Origin: Candidatus Aenigmatarchaeota archaeon
Lineage (GTDB): Archaea; Aenigmatarchaeota; Aenigmatarchaeia; CG10238-14; SCSR01
Length of the DNA stretch: 64,000 nucleotides
Direction: 5' to 3'
Assembly (NCBI GenBank): GCA_038998335.1
Contig: JAVZHQ010000001.1
Location: forward strand, 544,001-608,000
Below are positions 62,201 through 63,467 of the stretch, piece by piece. Within the stretch, counting starts at the first letter, position 1, and each line of letters begins with the position of its first letter. A program made the position numbers and the translations under genes. The notes beneath the pieces are model-generated. The model made no database searches. It saw nothing but the letters and a program-made list of their open reading frames with translations, and was not told the DNA's origin.

Positions 62201-63467
62201 GTATGGTATAAAGTATGCTATTTCAACAGATAGCTTTGAAGTAACAGTTCTTCCTCTACCAATCTTTATACTCAGAAGTGTATTCATGCATTGGCTAACT
62301 TATGTTATTCTTTTTGTTGTGGTTCCTCTGTTGATAATAGGAATTAAATGGTACGGTGCTTACAGAGCAGCGAAAGCAGCAAAAGCAAGGTATATTGCAC
62401 CAGTAGAATTTAAGAAACTGCCTCAGGCAAGTCCTAACTCCATAGAAGTTGGAAAAATTGCCGAAACTGATGTCAAAGCTTACCTAGATATTTCTCAGTT
62501 GTTAATGCATTCTATAGCAGCTGGTGGCACCGGCTCAGGCAAAAGTGTCTCTGCAATGGTTTGTGCTGAAGAATTACTGAAAAGAAAAGTTCCTGTAATA
62601 GTCTTTGATCCTACTGCTCAATGGACAGGATTTATGAAACCTTGCAGGTTCAAAGAAATGCTTGACCTCTATCCAAAGTTCGGTCTTAAGCCAACAGATG
62701 CAAGAAGCTTCAAAACTAACATAATAGTTGTAGAAGACCCAGAAATGCCCATAGACATAAAGAAGTACATGAACCCGGGAGAGATTACTGTTTTTGTTAT
62801 GAATAGGCTGCCTCCTGAGCAGTTAGACAAGTTTGTTAGAAGAAGCATTCAGGCAATATTTGACATGAGACCTCCAGAATCAAAGCAAATTAAATTGTTA
62901 CTTGTTTATGACGAGGTTCATAGATTATTACCAAAGTATGGAGGAAAGGGAGGTTATGTAGCAATAGAAAGAGCTTGCAGAGAGTTTAGAAAGTGGGGAA
63001 TTGGAGTTTTCTTAATCTCGCAAGTATTACAAGATTTCAAGGGAGCCATAAGAGCTAACATAGCAAACGAGATTCAGCTAAGAACAAAGTACGAAGGAGA
63101 TATAGGAAGAGTAAGGTCAAAGTATGGCATAGATTATGCTTCTAGAGTAACGAAGCTAACAGTTGGTACAGGAATGGTACAGAATCCTGAGTACAATTAT
63201 GGTAAGCCATGGTTCGTTAGCTTTAGGCCTTTGTTGCATTCGCCTTTTGCTTTGACCGATGAGGAGCTTAACCTTTACATGAAGCTTACGAAGAAGATTG
63301 AAGAGTTGGAGAAGAGAATTGAGAAGCTAAAGGCGAAGAAGGTTGACACTTACGATGTTGAAATTGAGCTGAACATAGCTAAGGATAAAGTTAAGACTGC
63401 AGCTTTCAAGATGGCCGAAACTTATCTTGAGTCTGTTGAAAAGAGAATAGAAAAAATGGGTGGATAA
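29256..63467 (+). CDS. Giant (~11,400 aa) surface protein with Ig-like repeats, C-terminal TM and HerA/FtsK/VirB4-like ATPase
   Basis: Single uninterrupted ORF; N-terminal hydrophobic signal; ~20 GWG repeats; TM ~62260-62353; Walker A GGTGSGKS (62523-62546), VFDP, Walker B LLVYDEVH (~62900), RKWGIGVFLISQ. Confidence 0.9.
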   Translation: MSRKSEVGQSQLFLAFLVLLSGITLVIATNSSLTGNFVFRNEDLASTFIEVWANTSINLESNKNLIIARLLLDNSSVLPEQEIKFYLNDSLIFSSFTDSEGKVEFELKESGILKAVFEGNSSLFLNPCFSEIEVKKVEENLSEENVTIPEVNLSYLTIFTDKEEYSLNETVNVFGELIFEGKRENAHANLTLEFNSSVIFSEEVEIINGSFSYSFAANLEEEGVYTLAIKTLNLTNKTSFYFSLPRINVTKNLTQLLDVNAFVFVENITKGNKTFKLVKIFGNVSFNQSLTFANVFARVKDPEGETIFEDETFSENFLFSFELLPKRSGTYVVEIFAKTELGNASKSLSFDVFKHLRLKPKIKQEKFNYELGEKIRFEILVIDEDTNKLYPNANLKVFVIDPEGNEKEVSFDGKDGKYFVEVDIGKTFRPGLYKLKVKIVREEPTEKSKGQFKLLKTEEEVLTEEETSFGVGLVVINTPKSIYLLKETAKIIVGVVNEIGKRVDDAEVNVLVSSPSGKIYTFSTVTNSVINNEDGTYEIYFKELDEIGNYTILADVHTDSFIVNQTSFFEVRDFVEFDVERKMPTMSEIASVFQVKIKIVPKINASNVSVVERVPKGFSHITAKNAKIEYGDDEYRIVWNFDYLNSENLIELEYFLENYFESPVIFKFGPLTINSSETSFVELKEWNLIVTDVIYYTIFWEFYRDSEAVHPMALCRGMNYTIRFSIVDTAMDEDMASNQQGTLKIMLENEGSFQTLPYKGFISQNPQTVQRTRNDASTCSETADNDPCVYNLIWNFNISNTAPTGSHTLKLELSTTPQAPRYLTERINIYVTDCDPIGLARDALILGPQDNVEIDQKAPNFYSYRVIAGSLARFVLPLKNYGTSSVNANVSIKILSEEKEVSWYFPEGNTQSITLSPNTERIVVWKTWVPDDARGTYTALFTIQTQDKTVTIQRNFEVYTFPIVIYQASPDWIIARRTGVKYRTVSICNYGDYNLTVNITEINSMQGGTTVTAYPTANITTSTRVEWWLKSIPTSRCFIYNLTYTNPGDIDPGLEEFIVMVTYINPSTNLVETLTDTFSTIQIDARDKPQLNVRLFPTLVNANNTLVSLVISNNGRTIGMAVSQIRLYIPAGFIPYQFSLTPDTGYPIGSAEEGWVVTWSPYSTNSYLYSIGVGGSASLTFRLNVSDIRNFSPGGKIFTVTISGYPTTIDSNTLRMLLFPTAKFVVEREGPLLKTIRYYNTTPADELLDFPTFFVCGNFTTKLQVFNKGNLPANNFNITENKNNVSVTHPNDLQFSSFAPTPSYYLQSRLINWDGSINFIATGKDNAKNYSYLISVPYQTNGTFTFFAQPKNGTFTFFDENYTIFIACGASLSVSEPTTKKGEITNPTIYAGDIFNISSTIYNDGPGNASNVIVEINYTNTTPISGLENLVIKNFTQEISNLTYFETIGPKQSKVAHVDYTYIVNTSGVSPGTIRFCIKANATENSSEVIACKDVTLNAPPAVIEMENPLIISDETGTSIGSWGFNFTFNISIRVSNSDNDVAVCAYFSKTGTEPWKLVSCDSYPAPGSSTGQWRNFTFKFDAGCEDIGSPVFVKFNATNNAGTTNSTSTTFAITKDQVIFEDIIGNNTETRRGKTTTLLALRVRDANGTLITNLPITFYVTLDGSIYDSGTTNLTNASAYANYYFQARCSPKYQVGYQRWKVILSNDACYQDNSTESYFNLSVLVTGDIILNFVRPDGLTNYTQEQEVPFLGATTDDCGDALTTTVRYFANKSEQSFECSPVSQVGANAYTCDWQTYISTPMGWYNATMIANRTYHYSNSTANLGFPGLFYLFPVKKLENPSAMPTTEGWGYRNWNFSVIASSGDSENVLNVSLYMAKSWPPTTKCDAPTCLNQTPTECFNCIGETKFWYRNFSANEQGTWYYQFKMDGKETEQVLSVNVEKDDSLIEYAEGNNSFAKYQPAQAAKLVVRVFDLDANTYNLNPPASVNFRIKYNGVYDRIVGSNTTNSSGYAEFYFIPDCSFNGGNQYWYAEINSSEPNYKPNVSQEFNISLDVSGCVPQVKVSASYNPREVFLYRNFTVNASITTIGPEGSQANSVYVNISLPSGWQVDEITKSLGSIQVGEVKTVWWHVNATSYGLANVTIFANSSNAGSDSLTSNNFIVYKLKEASLPLESLPVELQGNEEKIFSWQCEAGEYRIANLTIASANLTSQPKEVLLRVFVYNGNEWIDVLHNYKINLTSERKDFVPILQNQINVNETGYCRVKISNLGSNPINLTSLTLSAYSNETVQIQDIEVKVKEQTTTGIESSEEFFNVTVRIANSNSNSYSGNLWLNITNSSSYLVYSSSQPVNIPPNSIALINFTNIPTSNWLEDDYNLKAYLSYNSKSTERAEQLIFKNIIVSSKTSRWICNSSTEQYNVTIVHPFADSVEYNVSLEVPPGWSFSPSYQTITTNSPGNYTLSFNLTSSNAASEIVIINATVNYTYPGIQKSKKASFSVEESNSIAILEVIRETPKIIGKDTVFDSQLTVHNKGCAPTSGTTVVKEVLSTGWTPANPGIKTNEYGQDVQLISSSVDLINNVIIWQLGSIGVNKYAVLTYQVKSPPSLSQQGSLRYNVSWEGKSLQEEKAYFIQTFNYTEEPHLEFDLEVLQQADYPWPEPRSAQLNKNYNYSLKVTNIGDSLASNWNVSIKIPESCEVKQVYNSGFWNETSRKITWQLPDLAVYSSVRLNFTLNCSSVGKQVFIAEGIKDTREETSFVNDTNINCFGSSCSLTQAYSFTKPSNARYEKLKEANFLISYEWKGQNVTIGQASVSFADDLLNYKIAWQNYSLGSSNGKVWGNYSIDENEQENYILASRNIAINAYADATYEPKANLTVEKIVYTWKTGRLFEENQELFAKIKVYTYTPLLENSTLYINGDKTRTIGGWGEQFNFSVMVRDRFGRDVTVYAWHRKGIADYSLIGSWICYSCLEWTQVNFSYDYVGSDIGSWDFKFNASNADGTSELPGYGYTVEADEINVYNITPSWNSIVNRSQLTNFVLQVWDRDNQSYPGYLLPGQADEGRGKIFISKFGSPETFDSSPAISANETGHLIRSMQNSSDSWCKVSDYYLGQNYWKGGVSGATTYKDNITQVMPFWLMGDLSNSYLTQPLGEQNFTRGQTINFNGVIKDDCNDVKSDAAKFGAEYRISHGETTYVIVSDLTSASWQVPQDAPLGWYNVTMIAFAEGSEAGKYWNGTFFKENAFFIATVPKLDNPEVQPLVGSWEIKPFNFSVFVTSEDGETVLIKLWLKNSSIDWYVENLTYCINCNNYFFLTQKNFTCENIGEWQAKFNASSSTSFTNETQIINFNVTKSAISINYAEGNNTIVNRSDSALRNSVKLAVQIWNLVLNNYTTVIPNDNVKFWVQTGLDWKEEFETSNETHYYLDFNPSCEYLPGIRKWKVNSSHACYADNSSEEFYVTIIANLTNNLEKPDGSVNYTAGSLIDLNGTIIDDCLQAVVGANVRFKLQSGSNVYYCPSSGYVTNATGNFYNCTWDSSGKPGGWYNVTMESFKDYHVNGIVTRENAFFLITPVELISPQVSPSIGGWGELHNFSVIVNHYANVNVCLLERTPTSEWSVTECKFIENPSNKLVNFTKTYSCEDLQASSLWYFAFNASEPGVPETYSNTSQLSHTLEKNDIAFIYFEGNETQVNRNGSATTKFVLYVNDTDRNLPAYTLLAGSPKPVVGFRIHNGTAYLTDGTNTTNSSGYVSYYFNPSCSYEVGKRNWYAFTSGDSCYKDASSSVFNVTIIGDLVPNITYPSGETYYRTQSLYVNVSGDVRDECNLNYISNALVNFTLYWAANPSVQYHCEEIGNYGNGTYNCTFDATSYDEGWYHVRMNASNVEYYNNGSDYKEYRFKIVQVWQPPVLEDETVLPEQDWGWGENFTFKVNVSDENADDVNVSLWLSPDNQTWFYVGSQMCYDCGIKTELTFYYKGFKCSDMPQYYFKFNASDVHNSTDRPGKSFTLTKDDVVIEYSGLSEGNNSWVDRNSGSVLLKVRIYDLDNKSYVPSNVQGKVYVTKDQINYDSGWLGFTDSQGYLGVYFAPDCDYLVGMQYWKAGTYQDSCYKDANSTLLLTTNIRGWLNNSITEPNGEAYLSNENVTIRGNVSDECGLTINDASVTFRIFHTGYNAFSTVCEEVLNEGNSYYNCTWNVSSNPSGWYNVEMNSSRDYYNNGTKIKDQVFFHQVNPVLTSEFVSPQQAPWGSTFVFKVNVTDDDDIVNVSLWIRKLPTGEFYLANSTLCSDCINRQVELSKRYTAGTDIGDYEWFINASDLHSGYVETSVKTFNVTKRNTYWIYSQGNNSWVSRIGSNTTILEARLFDAFTNSYLDKGSDALYINVTKDGTWGKWSNSSSLGYLTIAFDPDCSYSVGEQKWKAVFSGDAYYYGSESQNFTVYIYSEFYAQVLQPNGEVYAEGENIQIVGKLRDECLNNIPGAATIFRIYPGDYSCNPEPANDLGNGNYSCTFGTTGLLGWYDISMNSSKNYFNDTYTLKQNAFQVRRKPSITSYQVSPQQEGWGYNFTVSAYLLDADSGDTLQISLWKSYDGTNWIHVSSQVKDDCTSGCDITFNPEFTCSDYLSGPTIYLKLNVSDSYGLKNETSSFTVTLEKDDVSFYTIQAPSSVDREGGVGVFVVRVNDTDKNAWVDNSQEIVKGYFWFTKEPSTPTWDSGLLTTVNSSGYMQVSFDPNCSYAASYQYWKVGILDNNCYADINSTESGFTIKGQLKSNLYLPERFSQFNVSDLINIRWNVYSDCYGISEAYDSGNITGVSNILNLYNFGNSSSCTDINEIFEGNYNCTWDSTSQPEGNWTINIQVSKANYNSNSTNYTNWFWLENLAPEILEIKVSPEQAGWGSVFNYSVYVKDEENDEVTCLLYVNTTGNFVFKGLNSTSTPGLCNVIVNDFTCQDQSNASFYFIVNDTFNKVNTSEILGITQGPNITKNSLSISLIQGNNAKVNRSDSSIGSTTRFILFVNDTTRNSAPLENTNGSILITYDYSNFYSYFVQTNSSGYLNFDFNPGCEYQTGKQYWIAFIGDACYETRFTNSTPSENYTVEIYGDLNLEIISPKGEKYLRSSYPDGQNVNLTARVTTDCSLEGGVSDALVNFTLTQGLTNKYCSDIENLGEGYFHCMLNTSEFAAKGWNVTFNASRNYYNPSSLTDIFQIWQKGFWVETKPVLTTDFSYASYNSTGHVGDGGWGETWIFKVNVTDEDEDTLKVSLYINRSDNGEWAQPVMGEGNTTNSTVKGINVTVTFVVKLPSPVALGGSSPIGPHAFKFNVSEKEDIFGNATIDFPQNINETGNGTFVYQKDDVILEHIAGNNTVVNRTGNQIQALTVRVYDADRGVYPTFTSTGARIWVTTDLASNYVEIPGTTSVQNSYINTSATQFDPDCRFKIGPQKWKAGITSDNIHYKETNSSEFFINITTVSLSFKYISPKNGKLFVKSPVPADSILLVGNVSDDCGGVNQSTANFYLYRGETIKDCSLIGTIVDYNNGTYGCLISNSTLYSDPELDYGYWNVSFNASKSYYNSSKEEFEQNALYIASRPKLTTGSAYVSTGNYTSGWGDLWFFEVDVEDEDYLGEQGSLVNVSFWVNLTGEWEYVGSQVCSPPCTGIGINALKFEKSFSCENMGTRFFKFNATDNFYSTDKRFRAESSTQSFTLSPDLASLTIEQGDGSSVNRVGIETSVLKASITDWSKGGTTVTEQGISGRIYITKNRTTFDSFIPLTTGSDGLFTYDFDPDCSFYTGRQWWKVELTDSCYSSASSQNATVYVYGQLYSNLVHPPYGWVNGTGTLIPITLDVKSDCSGYIDEESPGVPNSTEGISYPIRIRRPDDSTIENCYPWQDWGNGTYNCTFDTIYHPPGYYDIILSSAKEYFIPNTTYYHDWFELINAPPSYQNPQVNPSKGGWGSKYNFSIEVKDTDLDSVNCSLFVSTDDGLTWRYVNSTIISGSSEWQSCSFTVEPYGCNSTYYDVGNDNWFRFNLTDEVGQTVTVTLPGPEITKDNITIIYVYGNNTNITRASGFLPLKVYVFDLTRNKPVGSYGSAQARISFNVTTDGTNYIVVGSNQTYASLPGNVTFNFDPDCRFDVGYQEWFAFYNSTIGAGGECYYYNESERFSIGIVGQLVNYVVSPNSTKNRFVREEENITFRGNVTTDCPAKDGLITNANVTFEATHVGTGGKYYCDEPLVNEGNGYYSCLFINNASKPTRNYKLNMSSSNVSWFNPTWTEVTGLCTPTPCAFFVVTKPSLSSPSFSYTQDGGWGESWQFSVTLSDPDLDVNTVRLWVRNITPAPSACPEASAWPDFYLKGSQSVSQGNVIFNYPSPAFSSACAGVSFEFFFNTSDGERSANTSLLTFTVQKDDVNITLVEGNNALLNRSLAPSQENVTFSIRIYDTDRNVLLGVGTPGTIKFYVTTDPNNPNSFVVEETIPQVGAGGFVNHTFPKAETRCNYGIGPLRWRAEFGSTSTIYKATNSTSTYGDDFYITLITYPLQVSVIAPNNQSFRRNVDLITYVGNVSDDCGGVKGASVEFRAYPEEINPSSTCLPSEVTDHENGTYSCSRMPSEDWQMTYHNLRINASKQYYEPSEIFEKQDSFVIVTNPTITILPPTSKCRAPECLGSDNNFGWGELWNFSAIVQDLDQGAYSFERLNISLWIDFGSGYQLINSTICAAPTCLSPRLITFLQTFDCGKIGSWNYKINVSDYWGYKNESSGGITINPNSVEVEYVSSPTKIDREIGATQGTFVLRIKDLDKDEYLPSGRNASFFFTKDGSTFIVKNDVKTNSSGYINITLDPDCSYSVGIQKWDGGISGDYCYYSENYTQRIGGPYAPPEYNISGQIKVNILQPYYQQIFNVTQQILIRFNTTSDCPEEGLIANATYPLAQIELRSPYGEWETCLPLNNEYDGWYNCTWDSTNKKEGYWSINLTASKLPDYNLNETMFENWFWLENIYSVAENASVSPSEAGWSRVFNYSIEVYDQEGDTINCSLFVSKDNKQTWEYKGSYIIQGTPGIPTQGTCWVALHDFSCEDIDKPEGQEWIVSKAKWFKWKIENGEPSNTYNTSEFQGPNITESQVLISYIVGDNSYVNRSSGINQVVRLAVNVFDLENLSCASNVNVSFWVTHDNSNYQLDIVNQTDSYGNASYYFNPDCSYSTGKQYWIAGVTDSCYMNTNASSNFTVYVIGDLIPIILSPKGEKYLRSNYEDGQLVPFKTFVKDECGLAIVNAQVNFSGIKDSEVKWCSQVTNLGDGNYTCELNTSNFKAQGWNSSVNVSANFYNSNSSLEIFVIWQKGFWVETKPILTTDWWYESRDYLGNLGDGSWGETWYFRVNASDEDYDILEVKLWVNSSQVGGDWAQPLPVYMTNSSVQGKNVTVIFIIPGWPSHSNPGLGFHVFKFNVSEVKDIYNNATKDFVNNTYEIGNGNFTITKDDLLLIHVEGNNTSVHRPGNNYQTLSVKVFDRDKGSDVTSGILSTNVRIWVTNDLASNFTSIPSTFSSGYINTSALQFDPDCSFRVGPQKWKAGVLYTDAYKATNSSDFFINITTDPLKVELLQPLDAKLYLKGIEDVPVKVKVTDECGGVSEANVTIISQQLGAYPPNKDCVEDQSPKGQIFYEGSGIYNCTFRADTTAQEEPAWLYGYTNVSVQAFKAYYNSSEVNFTINSYYLASKPEITLKSLYTDYGTSGWGENWHFPVDIEDKDYNAQLGSTINVYFWLNLTGSWQLFASKTCVPATGNCTNLEFYPVNFTCNRTYSDIGVKGYKVNASDNFGYKDEKEATFTITQDQADIADVKYSKSIIAREFSDSAWFAALFVDTIRGLEITYENVSGRIYITTDNSNYLFNSSLLSQPNGYLNYTFDPNCSFSVGIQKWKINLEDSCYYTATSGDQEFTVVGQLKNFLVEPSYGSIIEIEVGKTANITSSIKGECGENVEGASVTHEARWPDSTFENIVPVEELGSGLYNSTWNLTFKKGGYYGFRINSSKEYYYPNSSLFADWVYLNNTPPLYSNPRVSPGTEGWGSYFNFSIEINDAQQDNVTCTLFTSTDNQQTWVERGSTIVYGGIGLCSINVTFECSDIGEDNWFKWQLDDGTNVFNISAVQGPNITADDVIIYYIYGNETKVNRSDSSIGNIQLLVVGVNDTDRKVPANATVTFYVTKDGNTFLYESNITNSSGIATYYFNPDCNYNPGLQKWYAAVTDYCYSYQRTQNYSIEIYADFVYSPSAYRQGFTTDKTILRSEQNVTLDAGNPNIAEEMTIRDDCGGEIDVDWISMQAIHNLTGETYSCTEIINPAVGIYRCARNTSDMKARWYDVLVSVSKEYFNNKSVRKTQEFFVETKPELRNLTVKSTQGGETGGWGERFYFNVTVTDEDYDFVNVTLYVRRVGSTYWILANKTDLDSPVINRTITLSWVRETCDASHSDPYPHAWEFKFNASDDPNYPLPYEDMYESTIEPANFYLEKDDVSLQLMSGNNVEVWRNGTDSKLLSLKVIDTDLNNLPVGSGVNGSFWVTTNGLIFAGQKISETDEYGNLTYNFPQDLPSGQNKCDFKTGIQKWFAGVYNDACYKDKNSTNYTITIKSLLLPLIYYPSGQGFLRGDNVPVQGFLTDECSYVENATVVFTFIPQAGSPYQCTITDNNGWIEGEGWYNCTKNTAGKPKGWYNLSMSTSKTYYASNSTLKPFAFFLGDKPVLSNPRVDHYTGGWGEQYTFTVTFTDADLNINNVSLWKSYDNVTWYLVEMKQVQGIGIDVSFTHRFTCEDYAKQAPYFYFKFNTTDPFGFTDETASRNMTLERDNVTLTLSLASNSSVRRIGDNFAYLEFRIYDTDYQNYPSNANGTIWVTKDGLNFSVAYECTSSQGYCSALHNPDCDSSVGLQYWKGGIVEKDGFSCYQVINSSVFNFTVYGQLNISIISPEQGKILNRGKTHSFNASVKNDCGEEVNDASINWYNSSWHSLASGYNTSWLVPITYKLGPETIYSNVSRQYYDGNYNFSSVYIYGWSEIDSISPANSSSYAAGTPITITCHVRDSNTSQPIPNYTVSFLKNGESLENASTDSQGYASIVWYTNLEGAGWYNLTCFIESNSTLYYNATLAQMETWIRLSRPLQIDQIIPQYPWVYRNDSFTPYQTNISVHVRDAQIGHASNANISFYNSTHFLFSCLTNSTGWCELIDFNPPDDYTPSPYWIYINATRPGNEDSLTNSTSITVKGILFVNITSPLNESLHPKSEAIDLSATVISENGENSSVLNPTVKWYNETALLAVGLEVTLPQPIVAQQRTGPHQLMAIASKSYYEDGKSNVSIIITGLADVVWISPIGITPYPEEFYPTCLVKDHESGAGISDYEVNFSYKWEPSSEFIFNGSYTTNSSGYASYVFIPTQKGNITFNCSIGPNATQYYSPNIKEAIETIWVKDISLPKIFNFSVIPNSSIEANLNLTYINATIIDNYAVESVWANITLPNGSIVIVPMSNISVPETGFGFFRATYSASYLPPIGGEYNISVYARDYPPESNVNSTFVGNISVWGKISGLVEQLPANIVAYNITQTQGFTFEVSVNFTNLGPATAYSVNLTHAEDPLGSLTYNESRKECGTVYAGQTCSWVFKITVPEKTSPQLIRAYTIATWQNPDKTVEQKLNETSITVSSNPVIEIIPKSINKTTPHDLTTYIGNITTYASGNDEVRDVSISTVGGNLAFDCPLCVLSIIPNSYGLLPAGESFVSDITITVPAGQAPGIYWTKVRASSSNAGYDEMLLNLTIPINTSWIRSPESFGYVLLPLNTSGTIGNITVTNIGNVKIPFEILKSGNGSIFVTAYPSGAKGTTAFDLEKQVSRNVSVDYSVPWNAYQAIYTVNIVIRNVTFANPPERITTIILNVTDVPPTITDIIVEPRVFEIGFENVTIQAKITDNFAVDKAWVNITLPNGSSFVQFMDSFAGSIYNTTYSSLQEGIHLIRICANDTRSLEGCTSPIEVEGSATTRLEIIPNITHILANDITIEYGQSFAVNITLNNTGGSRAFDSNLTIDSGFISSEPSFFDFGTILKWKSKSNITLISIPNGTETGIYYINLTAKWKNLNETYNSSFAQILVNVTPNPKLKVIEENITKIIPPGAKDSVNITLKSIGNKNVTNVEINCTRGIVCQDFNVSFEPKNFTSIPIGETRQVNVSFEVPPNYLAGTHNGTIEIRWDSEFYLELPVFITVPVNITWEHNPKVLSSYVLQDDKGYFGSIDIINTGNSEIELELIKTGEIAPYLNLSETRIVLPYNGIKTIHITYSSPDIQFDKNYTGKIISNITGSLRENATEKTRETFVSMFVSVYKVKIISPTSSNPIIGVVNGNEILAKVNVTANSSFVTQNVSFNVSIFDYERKAEAFVSSAYYNSTEKLWFVRFIAPDLEEARVYNLNITASYNGTRYLVRSDVENDSIVYRDTQAPLIELITPVRIPANSTVRVLVNVTESGGIKNVSGEITYPDNTTQNISFTLISRIKDNYLFEYNLTNTSSLGNYTISAFVCDLSENCNSASKSFEIYPVAIFSGYAKDLEQISEPALRVNFKFYDQGSETIRFDFNSNATDGYYNETIDMKTYDLKISLLEPTFSHQILLYNLTIATDYFNPIVFGNVPNVRTTSSAVKGVYLNTVLRPAYFILKINFSDCVLGLCNVPIHDPNKLGIYKYGGNWTPKVSTAQNTNWVRITNREMDNSDKSVNLTDYTVTVNLSDIRGVYILAEFICGNGECESEAGESTSNCPIDCPAIPPAPQVPIYIPPTIPPIVGGPGGPGGPGAGPAAPPVALVPLEVKTTLIETTLTPGEEKVFSIDVTNNLDTATNVRITVEGPVFQLLTVQKPTFTVAPKSTEVTAVRAYAPPRIAPGIYTGDLVVTAGNIVHRTPVTIVVQQVPEPLLDVSVKILSKAINPGTNLTFEVKLINMGPTAKVEDITVTYTVKPLNEDRIIATSKETLAVETEKTYVRSLEIPSDTPEGRYVLEVNASYWYGIKYAISTDSFEVTVLPLPIFILRSVFMHWLTYVILFVVVPLLIIGIKWYGAYRAAKAAKARYIAPVEFKKLPQASPNSIEVGKIAETDVKAYLDISQLLMHSIAAGGTGSGKSVSAMVCAEELLKRKVPVIVFDPTAQWTGFMKPCRFKEMLDLYPKFGLKPTDARSFKTNIIVVEDPEMPIDIKKYMNPGEITVFVMNRLPPEQLDKFVRRSIQAIFDMRPPESKQIKLLLVYDEVHRLLPKYGGKGGYVAIERACREFRKWGIGVFLISQVLQDFKGAIRANIANEIQLRTKYEGDIGRVRSKYGIDYASRVTKLTVGTGMVQNPEYNYGKPWFVSFRPLLHSPFALTDEELNLYMKLTKKIEELEKRIEKLKAKKVDTYDVEIELNIAKDKVKTAAFKMAETYLESVEKRIEKMGG
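33780..56300 (+). repeat. Protein-level tandem repeat array (~310-370 aa units) in the giant gene
   Basis: Recurring GGWG.xF.F.V, GNN..V.R, F.PDC.Y..G.Q.W, D.CY, DDC/DEC, YNC.W, GWYNV motifs at ~1 kb spacing. Confidence 0.9.

Noticed and set aside
62440-63467. Canonical HerA-NurA DNA repair helicase
   Set aside because: No HAS barrel or nurA/mre11/rad50 context in the window, and the domain is fused behind a TM helix
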